Shown here in pieces: positions 28,001-36,485 of a stretch of 64,000 nucleotides of DNA. The number at the start of each line of letters is the position of its first letter. The stretch's first letter is position 1. Source of the DNA: Candidatus Latescibacterota bacterium (GTDB lineage: Bacteria > Latescibacterota > UBA2968 > UBA8231); contig OZ220089.1 of assembly GCA_964291625.2 (NCBI GenBank), forward strand, positions 4,000,001 through 4,064,000, read 5' to 3'. Made by a program: the position numbers and the translations under genes. The notes beneath the pieces were generated by a model, which saw only the letters and a list, made by a program, of their open reading frames with translations, was not told where the DNA came from and made no database searches.

Positions 28001-28927
28001 GCCGTGGTAGAGGTCGGTCAGATTGACGGCGACGAAGGATTCGGCGGCGCCGGCGCCCGCCGCCCAGAGGCAGAGCAGGGCCGCCGTCCGGTGAAGCGCC
28101 ATGCCCGCCTTCCTCGAGGCGGGGCCTCTCGCAGCGCCGGTGGCTGCCCGTCTCGCAGCAGCCGCCGCCCGGTGAAGCGCCATGGCCGCCTTCCTCGAGG
28201 CGGGGCCTCTCGCAGCGCCGGTGGCTGCCCGTCTCGCAGCAGCCGCCGCCCGGTGAAGCGCCATGGCCGCCTTCCTCGAGGCGGGGCCTCTCGCAGCGCC
28301 GGTGGCTGCCCGTCTCGCAGCAGCCGCCGCCCGGTGAAGCGCCATGGCCGCCTTCCTCGAGGCGGGGCCTCTCGCAGCGCCGGTGGCTGCCCGTCTCGCA
28401 GCAGCCGCCGCCCGGTGAAGCGCCATGGCCGCCTTCCTCGAGGCGGGGCCTCTCGCAGCGCCGGTGGCTGCCCGTCTCGCAGCAGCCGCCGCCCGGTGAA
28501 GCGCCATGGCCGCCTTCCTCGAGGCGGGGCCTCTCGCAGCGCCGGTGGCTGCCCGTCTCGCAGCAGCCGCCGCCCGGTGAAGCGCCATGGCCGCCTTCCT
28601 CGAGGCGGGGCCTCTCGCAGCGCCGGTGGCTGCCCGTCTCGCAGCAGCCGCCGCCCGGTGAAGCGCCATGGCCGCCTTCCTCGAGGCGGGGCCTCTCGCA
28701 GCGCCGGTGGCTGCCCGTCTCGCAGCAGCCGCCGCCCGGTGAAGCGCCATGGCCGCCTTCCTCGAGGCGGGGCCTCTCGCAGCGCCGGTGGCTGCCCGTC
28801 TCGCAGCAGCCGCCGCCCGGTGAAGCGCCATGGCCGCCTTCCTCGAGGCGGGACTTCTCGCAGCGCCGGCGGCAGCCCGTCTCGCAGCAGCCGCCGTCCG
28901 GCGGAGCGCAATTCCTCTGTTCCCCAT
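25043..28927 (-). CDS. Large secreted hypothetical protein (possible glycoside-hydrolase-like barrel plus beta domains) with an N-terminal tandem repeat
   Basis: Signal peptide MALHRTAALLCLWAAGAGA begins at ATG 28102. The upstream in-frame repeats add further ATGs up to 28927. Confidence 0.7.
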   Translation of the reverse strand: MGNRGIALRRTAAAARRAAAGAARSPASRKAAMALHRAAAAARRAATGAARGPASRKAAMALHRAAAAARRAATGAARGPASRKAAMALHRAAAAARRAATGAARGPASRKAAMALHRAAAAARRAATGAARGPASRKAAMALHRAAAAARRAATGAARGPASRKAAMALHRAAAAARRAATGAARGPASRKAAMALHRAAAAARRAATGAARGPASRKAAMALHRAAAAARRAATGAARGPASRKAAMALHRAAAAARRAATGAARGPASRKAGMALHRTAALLCLWAAGAGAAESFVAVNLTDLYHGRFIGAEMGDGYGIAEGQLPAAGSRVEVGGIPFHIGTREKGDHLDVGLARWPDVEEDPVGFYSHYKPDGYGDPEVPVVRIPRLNYSGLYLLCLADTDPAKTPVVSFRLGLHHGHGILYDTAVEVPRWNEAGNEHVVAHRPLRLTGSAGEAEGRLFVVKAPLRSGDIQDIAEPGDHLDLELTKELHVAVRNPDPARFRVRALGRPSAVRVLALTLTVAPVQMRVSSAEVGHVFVAQPPVFSAALRNVTDRERRARVEAVATDYYGGETRTRGSLVLAPLAADTLRLELPREKLGWFEVVFRLLDGGEVSVERRTTFALLPEDRRRATVRDSPFGTWCFGKGHRGTTVDQAGPLMYKAGVRRTFGYGYEALREHGLTKGQHSSIVGTHKVGETDAEALRRTFEQWPETRQALVFHESNIGPLKTRPGFLTGDGPAPLDSAETAELERRWEHAVAASEAVRRIDPEMELVFGNMVQPSIEQFLARGYPREYIDLLGEESPGFMRMPERQPEVAGFGSLWWMQEMARHYGYGDAGLTVSFEWMYHSTNPGNLHPRTAAAYNVRDCLLALAYGVPNVNPALAYDVGNAYHFSNWGASGLAHRPPELNPKPGYVTYATLTAQLDRARFSRKLDTGSTSLFALEFTRPEGDPVYALWTIRGEREVRLSVRGEGPAPVTDGSTPAAAPADGEGPAPVTDGSTPAAAPADREVAADDDDPPRDVSGAAAALVTDGMGNSHPAAVADGEVVVVVDDSPRYVSGVEVSAVKAGANRYTAAPGPEAVLLHGLDDPGAWRVSARRDTAFESYTWDVVRRPGRMTWSAARDPERGAVTRVGLDGPQGGPDVAAWYNYCQLDEPVPLPGEPRQIGLWVHGNSSWSRIVFVLEDAEGEEWAHLGAALHGRADWNTNDTESTSFVNFDGWRYMGIDLPGEYPVERYQWPRKCNWRSTGGDGRVDHPLRLKGFYVQLREKLVYVDEMVPAASRHLLLDDLMCSY
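25900..26014. repeat. 57-bp in-frame tandem duplication
   Basis: EGPAPVTDGSTPAAAPAD occurs twice. Confidence 0.85.
28080..28908. repeat. 81-bp tandem repeat, about 10 copies
   Basis: Units start at 28080, 28161, 28242 ... 28890. Internal copies are identical and encode MALHRAAAAARRAATGAARGPASRKAA on the minus strand. Confidence 0.95.
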
Positions 28928-28943
28928 GGCGGGCCTCCGCGGT

Positions 28944-30566
28944 TCAGTTCCAGGGCTGGACGAAGCGTCCCGGGGTGGCGCCGGTGTGGCGGCCGTCGCG
29001 CAGCACCCGCCGGCCGTTCACCCAGACGTCGCTCACCCCCGACGACAGCTGATGGGGCTCCTCGAAGGTGGCGTGGTCCGAGATCGTCCCGGGGTCGAAG
29101 ATCACCACGTCGGCGAGCAGGCCCTCGCGCAGCAGGCCCCGCCGGCGCAGGCCCAGGCGGTCGGCCACGGCCGAGGTCATCTTGCAGACCGCTTCCTCCA
29201 GGGGCAGGACCCCCTGGTCGCGGACGTAGCGGCCGAGGACGCGCGGATAGGTGCCGTAGCCCCGGGGGTGCACCGGCCCCAGGTCCCGCGCCCAGGCCGG
29301 GTCGACGCCGCCGGCGTCGGTGGAGATCTTGACCCACGGCTGGCGGAGCTGCAGGCGCAGGTTGTCCTCGGTCATGGAGTAGTAGATGGTGCCGATGCGC
29401 TGGCGCTCCGACAGCAGCAGGTGGCAGACGGTGTCGAACCAGTCCTCGCCGCGCTCGGCGGCGATCTCGGACAGCCGCCGGCCCACGAAGGGCTGGTTTT
29501 CCGGCTTGCGGAAGCCGATCGGCATCACCCCCTCGGCGCCGTGCTCGGTGACCATCGGCTCCCAGCTCCCGTCGGGGCACATGACGGCGCGCCGGATCTG
29601 CTCGCGCTCGGCCGGGTCCTCCAGGCGCTCGAAGAGCCGGCCCCCCTCCGCCGTCCAGGGTGGCAGGACCGCGGTCAGGCCCGTGCCGGAGGCGTCGTAG
29701 GGATACATGTCGGCGGCCACATCCAGGCCGCCGCCGCGGGCCCGTTCGATGCGGCCGATGACCTCCGGCATCCTGTCCCAGTGGGCTCGTCCCGCGGCCT
29801 TCAGGTGGTAGATCTCCACCGGCACGCCGGCGCGGACGCCGATCTCGAAGGCCTCGTCGAGGGCGCTGAAGATCTCCGCTCCCTCCGACCGCAGGTGGGT
29901 GATGTAGCCGCCGTCGTACTGCGCCGCGACCCCGCAGACCTCGGCGATCTCGTCGGTGTCGGCGTAGCAGTCGGGCGGGTAGATCAGGGCGTAGGAGAGG
30001 CCGAAGGCGCCATCCTCCATGGCCTCGGCCGCCACCCGCGCCATGACCCGCCGCTCCTCCGGGGTGGCGGGGGTCATGTCCATCCCCTTGGCGCAGCTGC
30101 GCAGGGTGCCGCCGCCGAGGTAGGAGCCGACGTTGGGCGAGGTGCCGGCCCCCTCCACCGCCTCCAGCCAGTGGCGGAAGCGCGTCCATCCCTTCGCCGG
30201 CTCCACCCAGTCGGCCAGCAGGCCCCCGTACACGGCGGTGCCGATGCCGCCCTCGTTGCGGCCGGTCACCGGCGCCGGGGTCGAGGCCTCGCCCATGATC
30301 TCGGTGGTCACCCCCTGGGTGATCTTGGAGAGGCAGCGGCCGTCCGCCATGAGGGGGTAGATCGAGTGGGACTGGATGTCGATGAAGCCCGGACAGACCA
30401 CGGCCTCGGCGGCGTCGACCACCTCCCGGGCATTCTCCGGCGGCACGGCCCCCGGCGCGGTCACCGCGGCGACGCGGTCGCCGGCGAGGGCCACGTCGCC
30501 GCGGAACCAGGGGTTGCCGGTGCCGTCGACGACCCGGCCCCCCCGGATCAGGACATCCCAGGCCAC
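28944..30566 (-). CDS. N-acyl-D-amino-acid deacylase (D-aminoacylase)
   Basis: GGRVVDGTG, PGFIDIQSHS, THLRSEG, YHLK and HPRGYGTYPRVLG motifs. Confidence 0.9.
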   Translation of the reverse strand: MAWDVLIRGGRVVDGTGNPWFRGDVALAGDRVAAVTAPGAVPPENAREVVDAAEAVVCPGFIDIQSHSIYPLMADGRCLSKITQGVTTEIMGEASTPAPVTGRNEGGIGTAVYGGLLADWVEPAKGWTRFRHWLEAVEGAGTSPNVGSYLGGGTLRSCAKGMDMTPATPEERRVMARVAAEAMEDGAFGLSYALIYPPDCYADTDEIAEVCGVAAQYDGGYITHLRSEGAEIFSALDEAFEIGVRAGVPVEIYHLKAAGRAHWDRMPEVIGRIERARGGGLDVAADMYPYDASGTGLTAVLPPWTAEGGRLFERLEDPAEREQIRRAVMCPDGSWEPMVTEHGAEGVMPIGFRKPENQPFVGRRLSEIAAERGEDWFDTVCHLLLSERQRIGTIYYSMTEDNLRLQLRQPWVKISTDAGGVDPAWARDLGPVHPRGYGTYPRVLGRYVRDQGVLPLEEAVCKMTSAVADRLGLRRRGLLREGLLADVVIFDPGTISDHATFEEPHQLSSGVSDVWVNGRRVLRDGRHTGATPGRFVQPWN

Positions 30567-30567
30567 C

Positions 30568-31323
30568 TTAGCTGATCACCAGGTACGAGAGCCAGCCGTC
30601 GTGGCGGTCGTTGAGGATGGCGTGGGGCACGCCGATGGGCAGGTAGACCGTGTCCCCCTCCCGCACCGGGTGGGCGTCGAAGCCGGTGACCACCGTGCCC
30701 TCTCCCTCCAGGATGTAGTAGACCTGCTCCTTGTCTTCGTGGACGTGGAAGTCCGAGGCCTTGCCCCGGGCCACGGCCTGGCGCGCCAGGTACCAGAAGG
30801 CGAGCAGGCAGGGCTGGTCGGTGGCCGGCTCCGCCGCGTCCAGCCGCTCCAGGAGCTGCCACGTCACGGCGTTGCCGTGGACGCCCATGTTCGGCTGGGC
30901 GTCGCGCCAGTTCAGCACCCGGGGCTCGCTGCCGCGGCGGCCCTCCGGCACCGGGCAGGTGATGATGAGGTACTGCATCCAGTCGGGGTTGGTCTCGCCG
31001 AGGAGCTGGTGCTTGACCCCCGGGGGGAAGTAGGCCACCGATCCCTCGCTGACGGGGTGGCGCTCCTTGCCGATGAGCACCTCCGCCTGGCCGGAGAGGA
31101 TGTAGTAGTACTGCTCGGAGTCGGCGTGGGAGTGGTAGTTGGTGCTCTTGCCCCCCTGCAGGGAGTGGCCGGCGAGGCCGCTCAGGTGGGTCAGGCACTG
31201 GAAGGGCGAGGGCTTGCCGCCATCGCCTGCGGGGTTCAGGATCGGCCAGACGATGGCGTTGTCATGGCCGAGGTAACATTCGCTGTCGCGCCAGTTGCGC
31301 ACGACCGCTCGGGGGGTGTTCAC
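30568..31323 (-). CDS. Bicupin protein
   Basis: Two HxH...EQxYYILxG...PxGVxH motifs; GTG start preceded by AAGGA. Confidence 0.85.
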   Translation of the reverse strand: MNTPRAVVRNWRDSECYLGHDNAIVWPILNPAGDGGKPSPFQCLTHLSGLAGHSLQGGKSTNYHSHADSEQYYYILSGQAEVLIGKERHPVSEGSVAYFPPGVKHQLLGETNPDWMQYLIITCPVPEGRRGSEPRVLNWRDAQPNMGVHGNAVTWQLLERLDAAEPATDQPCLLAFWYLARQAVARGKASDFHVHEDKEQVYYILEGEGTVVTGFDAHPVREGDTVYLPIGVPHAILNDRHDGWLSYLVIS

Positions 31324-31452
31324 GGTAGGTTCCTTTCGTCGGGGGGTGGAGGGCGCGCCCAAAGGGCGCGCAAGTATAGGAAATGGCGAACCGCCGGAGG
31401 CGGGCGTCCGGCGACATCGAGCTGCGGCGGCGGGAGTAGCCGCCGGCCGAAC

Positions 31453-32487
31453 TCACCCGCCGCCGATCACGCCCTCGTCGAGCATGGTCAGCAGGGGGGA
31501 GTCCTCCACCTCCAGGGGCAGGTCGACCCGCCCGCGGCGGCGCGACGACTCGTAGGTGGCGAAGATCAGCTCCGTCGCCTGCAGGGCCTTGCGGCTGGAC
31601 AGTTCCGGCTCGTCGCCGCTGAACAGGCAGTCCACCAGGTCGTGGACGCTGGCGATCGTGTGCCGGGGCGCCGGCACCCCCGACGAGCGCTCCTCCACCT
31701 CCTGCCAGCCGCCGCCGCGCTGCATCCGCAGGCCGCCGCCGCCGCCCTGCACCTCGATCACCCCCTCCTCGCCGACCAGGCGGTTGGCCGCCCCGGTGTA
31801 GCCGGCGTCGCCGGTGGCCAGCAGGCCCTCCACGTCGTTCTCGAAGCGGACCCACGACAGGCCGGAAGTGTCCAGCCGCACGCCGAAGATCTCCCGGTGC
31901 TCGGAGACGTCGATCTGGCCCACGACCCAGCGCGCCGGGGTCTCGTCGTTGTAGAAGAACATCATGTCGAACCAGTGGGTGCCCCAGTCGAAGAGGTTGG
32001 AGCAGACGCCCTCGACCCGCCGCAGGGGTCCGATGGCGTCGTCGCGGAGCAGCTGCCGCGCCGTGACGAAGCCGTCGCCGAAGCGGCGCTGGTGGCAGAA
32101 GGTGAGCAGCACGCCGCGCTCCTCGCAGGCCGCGTGCAGGGCCCGGGCATCCCCCCAGGTCGGCGCCATCGGCTTCTCGGCGTGGATCGCCCGGGCGCCG
32201 GCGGCGGCCGCCGCCTCGATCATCGGGCGGTGCAGGTGGGGCCAGGTGCAGACGCTGACCAGGTCGAGCTCCTCCCGGTCGAGCATCTCGCCGTAGTCGG
32301 CCCATATGCCCGCCACCTCGAAGCGCTCGGCCAGGGCCTTCCGCGCCTCCTCGGAGGGGTCGGCGCAGGCGGCGATCTCGACGCGCTCGTCCTCCGCGTA
32401 GCCCTCGGCGTGGGCGTGGCCCCGGCCGCCGCAACCGATGATGCCCGCCCGCAGCGGCCCTCCGCTCCCTTCGTTTCCCATGGTCAT
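31453..32487 (-). CDS. Gfo/Idh/MocA oxidoreductase
   Basis: GIIGCGGRG, AEKPMA and DWGTH motifs. Confidence 0.9.
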   Translation of the reverse strand: MTMGNEGSGGPLRAGIIGCGGRGHAHAEGYAEDERVEIAACADPSEEARKALAERFEVAGIWADYGEMLDREELDLVSVCTWPHLHRPMIEAAAAAGARAIHAEKPMAPTWGDARALHAACEERGVLLTFCHQRRFGDGFVTARQLLRDDAIGPLRRVEGVCSNLFDWGTHWFDMMFFYNDETPARWVVGQIDVSEHREIFGVRLDTSGLSWVRFENDVEGLLATGDAGYTGAANRLVGEEGVIEVQGGGGGLRMQRGGGWQEVEERSSGVPAPRHTIASVHDLVDCLFSGDEPELSSRKALQATELIFATYESSRRRGRVDLPLEVEDSPLLTMLDEGVIGGG

Positions 32488-33884
32488 GCCTTCCTCTCCG
32501 GTATCTTGGCGGCCACGGTCTCCCGCCAGGCCGCGAGCTCCTCGTGCAGATCTCGCGCCACGTCCGGGTGTCCGGCGGCCAGGTCGCGGTCCTCGGACAG
32601 GTCGTCCCGCAGGTTGTAGAGCTCCCGCCGCCCGTCCTCGTAGAACTCGATCAGCTTCCAGTCCCCGCGGCGCACCGAGGAGCCCGGGGTGCCCCCTTGG
32701 TTGCCGTAGTGGGGGTAGTGCCAGAAGATCGCCTCCCGCTCGAGGGCGTCGGCGCCTTCGAGCAGCGGCGCCAAGCTGACGCCGTCCACGTGCTGCTCCG
32801 GCCTCGGCGGCAGGCCGGCGGCGTCGAGCAGGGTCGGGTAGAAGTCGGGGGAGGTCACCGGCACCCGGCAGCGGCTCCCGGCTTCCACTCGCCCCGGCCA
32901 GCGCACGATCAGGGGCTCCCGGGTGCCGCCCTCGTACATCCAGCCTTTGCCCTCGCTCAGGGGGGCGTTGCAGGTCGGCGAGCCTTCCGACGTGGCCAGC
33001 CCGCCGTTGTCGGAGGTGAAGACGACCAGCGTGTCCTCGGCCCGGCCCGTCTCGTCGAGGGCGTCCAGCACCCGGCCGATGTTCTCGTCGAGAGCGTCGA
33101 CCATGGCGGCGTACACCGGGTCGGAGTGCAGGAGCCGGCGGCGCACGCGCTGGTCCCGCTTGTGCTCGCAGGGGAAGGGCTCGCCCTCGGCGAAGCTCTC
33201 GAAGCGGTCGAGGCCGAGGCCCTTCGCCTTGTCCTCGTAGCGGGCCACGGTATCGGCCTTGGCCTGGATCGGCGTGTGGACGCTGTAGTACCACAGGTTG
33301 AGGAAGAAGGGCCGGTCGCCGGCGTGGCGGATCAGGTCGACGGCGCGGTCGGTGAGGTAGTCGGTCAGGTAGGTACCCTCCGGCACGTCGGCATCGGCGA
33401 GGGCCTCGATCGTCCAGGGGCTGAAGTAGCCGCCGGCCCCCGGCGAGCCCCGGTGGCAGCCGCCGACGTTGACATCGAAGCCGTGATCCTCGGGCAGGTG
33501 CCCGGGGCCGCCGAGGTGCCACTTGCCCACGTGCCAGGTGGCGTACCCGGCGTCGGAGAGGGCCGCGGCCAGGGAGTGCTCGGAGGCCGGCAGGTCCTTC
33601 AGGTAGGGGACGTCGACGACCGCGCCCCGGGCCGGGTGCACCACGCCCTGCCAGTCGATCCAGTCGGTGAGGCCCACGGTGGCCGGGTACTTGCCGGTGA
33701 GCAGGCTGGCCCGCGTCGGCGAGCAGACGGGCGCGGCGGCGTAGGCGTCGGTGAAGCGCAGGCCCTCGCCGCACAGCCGGTCGAGGTTGGGCGTCTCGTA
33801 GAACTCGCTGCCGCAGCAGGCCAGGTCGGTCCACCCCAGGTCGTCGACGAGGATGAGGAGGATGTTCGGCCGGGTAGGCGTCAG
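32484..33884 (-). CDS. Sulfatase (formylglycine-dependent, S1)
   Basis: PNILLILVDDLG, CSPTRASLLTG, GKWHLG and SDNGG. Only a CTG overlapping the upstream stop is available as a start. Confidence 0.9.
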   Translation of the reverse strand: MTPTRPNILLILVDDLGWTDLACCGSEFYETPNLDRLCGEGLRFTDAYAAAPVCSPTRASLLTGKYPATVGLTDWIDWQGVVHPARGAVVDVPYLKDLPASEHSLAAALSDAGYATWHVGKWHLGGPGHLPEDHGFDVNVGGCHRGSPGAGGYFSPWTIEALADADVPEGTYLTDYLTDRAVDLIRHAGDRPFFLNLWYYSVHTPIQAKADTVARYEDKAKGLGLDRFESFAEGEPFPCEHKRDQRVRRRLLHSDPVYAAMVDALDENIGRVLDALDETGRAEDTLVVFTSDNGGLATSEGSPTCNAPLSEGKGWMYEGGTREPLIVRWPGRVEAGSRCRVPVTSPDFYPTLLDAAGLPPRPEQHVDGVSLAPLLEGADALEREAIFWHYPHYGNQGGTPGSSVRRGDWKLIEFYEDGRRELYNLRDDLSEDRDLAAGHPDVARDLHEELAAWRETVAAKIPERKA

Positions 33885-34126
33885 GGCTCGTCCTCCGGCT
33901 GCGGGGCGGCGTCCGGCGCGGCGTCGAGGTAGGGCAGCATGTCCGCGGGCACGGCGCCGCCGGCGCGTCCCCTGAGGAACTCCGCCGAGGCCTCGACAGC
34001 CCCGATCTTCTCGGCCACGGCAGACGCGATCCACTGGTTCAGGGAGACCCCGTCCTCCCTGGCGAGCCGCTGCGCCGCGGCCTTCACGGAGGCGGGGAGT
34101 TTGAGGGGGTAGGCAGACTTGCTCAT
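33881..34126 (-). CDS. HicB-like RHH antitoxin (orphan)
   Basis: YPLKLPASVKAAAQRLAREDGVSLNQWIASAVAEKI. Confidence 0.8.
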   Translation of the reverse strand: MSKSAYPLKLPASVKAAAQRLAREDGVSLNQWIASAVAEKIGAVEASAEFLRGRAGGAVPADMLPYLDAAPDAAPQPEDEP

Positions 34127-34207
34127 CCTGTGACCGTCCGGATTTCCCTAACCTCAGATGAAGAACGACATGGCCGCAACAGCGGCGCGATTCCCAAGGA
34201 GAGTCCT

Positions 34208-35347
34208 ATGAGCACGACCAACGACCTGCCGATCCGGGTGGAGCACCCGCGCCGCCTGGGGACTTGGACGATCGAGGCGCAGCGCCTCGACCTCGGACGG
34301 GGGTACAAGCCGAGCCTGGCGCTGCTGCCCGGGGGCGAGCTGGTCCTCGTCTCCCTGGACAGCACAGGGGACCCCGGGGCCGGCACCTGGACCGAGGTCA
34401 TGCCGCTACGGCGCTCCCTCGACGGCGGCCGCACTTGGTCGGAGCCCGAGGTGGCCGATGACGTGATCGGCCGCGAGCAGTGGCTGACCTGCACGAGCGC
34501 CGGCGTCCTGTTCTCCAGCAGCCACATCCTGGAGAGGGACGCCCGCAACGAGGACGGCACCATCCACAGCTATCTGCACCGCTCGACCGACGGCGGCCGC
34601 ACCTGGGGGCGGACGAAGCTCCTGCTGACCGGCGAGGCCCGCTGCGGCGAGCCGGAGGAGAAGTGGACGCACACCTCCCGCAACGTCGTGGAGCTGCCCG
34701 ACGGGACCCTGCTCTACGGGGTGAGCCTGGGCGATTCGGCCGTGGCCTGGATGTGGCGCTCCACGGACGGCGGCGTCACCTGGGACCGGACCCGGCGCGT
34801 GGCGATCCCCGACTACGGCGAGCGGCCCTACGACAACTTCGACGGCTTCTTCGGCGAGGACTTCACCTACCTGACTCGCGGGGGCGACCTCATCCACTGG
34901 ATCCGCTGCGGCCCCCCGAGCCCGATGTACCCGATGGAGGACGGGCGCGCGGTCCCCGCCGGTGACGACGGCATCGACCGGACCCTGATGTGCCGTTCCG
35001 CCGACGGCGGCCTCACCTGGTCGAGCCTGTCCGACTTCGGGGACTACGGCATGCACTACGTGCGGGTCCTGCGTCTGGCCGACGGGCGCCTGCTGCTCAC
35101 CTATACCCAGCGGTCCACCTTCCAGCCCCTGGGCCTGCGGGCCCTGGTCAGCCACGACGACGGCGGCACCTGGGACTTCTCGGCCGACCGGATCACCATT
35201 GAGGGGCGCACGCCCTGGGGCCTGAACCAGGGCGGCGGGTTCGGCAACACGGTGCAACTGGAGGACCGCGAGCTGCTGACCTGCTACTCGTACCGCGAGG
35301 CGCCCGACCGCACGCGCCTGGAGCTGGTGCGCTGGCGCCTGCCCTGA
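34208..35347 (+). CDS. BNR/Asp-box repeat (sialidase-like) protein
   Basis: Five SxDxGxTW Asp-boxes; RBS AAGGAG. Confidence 0.85.
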   Translation: MSTTNDLPIRVEHPRRLGTWTIEAQRLDLGRGYKPSLALLPGGELVLVSLDSTGDPGAGTWTEVMPLRRSLDGGRTWSEPEVADDVIGREQWLTCTSAGVLFSSSHILERDARNEDGTIHSYLHRSTDGGRTWGRTKLLLTGEARCGEPEEKWTHTSRNVVELPDGTLLYGVSLGDSAVAWMWRSTDGGVTWDRTRRVAIPDYGERPYDNFDGFFGEDFTYLTRGGDLIHWIRCGPPSPMYPMEDGRAVPAGDDGIDRTLMCRSADGGLTWSSLSDFGDYGMHYVRVLRLADGRLLLTYTQRSTFQPLGLRALVSHDDGGTWDFSADRITIEGRTPWGLNQGGGFGNTVQLEDRELLTCYSYREAPDRTRLELVRWRLP

Positions 35348-35366
35348 GCGGCGGGGCTCGCGCGAT

Positions 35367-35552
35367 TCAATCTCCCTCTTCCTGCCAGTTCTGGACTCGA
35401 GCCTTTGGTGCTTCCCACTCCAGACGCCGTTGAATCGCCTCCACACTCCGACGAGTTCGGCGAAGGTCCCACCATAGCGATACGGCCCAGCCTGTCGATA
35501 GCAGGAACCAGAGAATCGCTACCAGAATGACAGCGCCGTCAAAGAAGCTCAT
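35367..35552 (-). CDS. Small single-TM membrane protein
   Basis: RBS-like GGAG before ATG 35552 and a hydrophobic N-terminus; lower GC than neighbours. Confidence 0.5.
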   Translation of the reverse strand: MSFFDGAVILVAILWFLLSTGWAVSLWWDLRRTRRSVEAIQRRLEWEAPKARVQNWQEEGD

Positions 35553-35567
35553 GTCTCCTCCCTTCAA

Positions 35568-36485
35568 TCAGCCTGAGAGTGAGCCGCCTTCGTTCACTCG
35601 CGATCCATCTGTTCCATCCCGCCGATCCTCCCCGCCCAGCGCGCCGGCGTACTCCTCCCGCTTCACCGTGTCGGCGAACAGCGGTCCCGCGCTGTCCTCC
35701 AGGGCCCCCGCCGCCGGCCCCCGCTCACCCAGGCGGAACATGGCCCGCGTCGCCCGGTCGACGTCGATGTCGGCCACTAGGACCTCCTCGCGCTTCAGCT
35801 CGGTTTGGGCGTGGACGCGGCCGTCGGGAGCCACGATCAGGCTGCGGCTGTTCTGGTGGGGCAGGCAGGCGTTGCATGAGGCGAACCAGACCGTGTTCTC
35901 GGCGGCGCGGGTGACGATCATGGCGTGGTGCAGGGGGATCTTCCAGTCGTTGGGGCGGGTGGTGTTGTTCTGCGGGTGGAAGACGATCTGGGCGCCGCGG
36001 CGCACGCACTCGGCCGTGGTGCCGGCGAAGCGCAGCCCCTCGAAACAGATCACCACGCCCACGGTGACGCCGCAGAGGGAGAAGGTGTGCGGGCTGGTCC
36101 CCGGCTCGTAGGCGACCGCGTCCAGGGGCGTGAGCATGGTCTTGTGGTGGGCCCCCTGGATGCAGCCGTCCTCGCCGATGACCAGAGCCGAGTTGTAGGG
36201 CTTGCCGCTCTCCGACCTCACCTCGGTGCCGAGGATGCAGGCCATGCTGAAGCGGGCGCAACGCCCCGCCACGTCCTCGTGCACGTCTTCGAGCCAGGCC
36301 ACGGGCACCGTCCCGGTTGGCTCGGCGATGTCCACCCGGTAGCCGAAGGTCTGGGCCTCGGGGAAGCAGAGGATGCGCACGTCCTGCTTCCCGGCCCGGT
36401 CCATGGCCTCCAGGATGGCGCGGTGGTTGTCCTGCCGGTCCGACGTCTGGCGTGTCTGGGCGAGGGCGATGCGCAACTCCGTCAT
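35568..36485 (-). CDS. Carbon-nitrogen hydrolase (nitrilase superfamily)
   Basis: E-K-C triad in FPEA, HHK and ICFE. Confidence 0.9.
   Translation of the reverse strand: MTELRIALAQTRQTSDRQDNHRAILEAMDRAGKQDVRILCFPEAQTFGYRVDIAEPTGTVPVAWLEDVHEDVAGRCARFSMACILGTEVRSESGKPYNSALVIGEDGCIQGAHHKTMLTPLDAVAYEPGTSPHTFSLCGVTVGVVICFEGLRFAGTTAECVRRGAQIVFHPQNNTTRPNDWKIPLHHAMIVTRAAENTVWFASCNACLPHQNSRSLIVAPDGRVHAQTELKREEVLVADIDVDRATRAMFRLGERGPAAGALEDSAGPLFADTVKREEYAGALGGEDRRDGTDGSRVNEGGSLSG

Noticed and set aside
28080-28908. CRISPR array
   Set aside because: Units are contiguous identical 81-mers with no unique spacers, and no cas genes are present.
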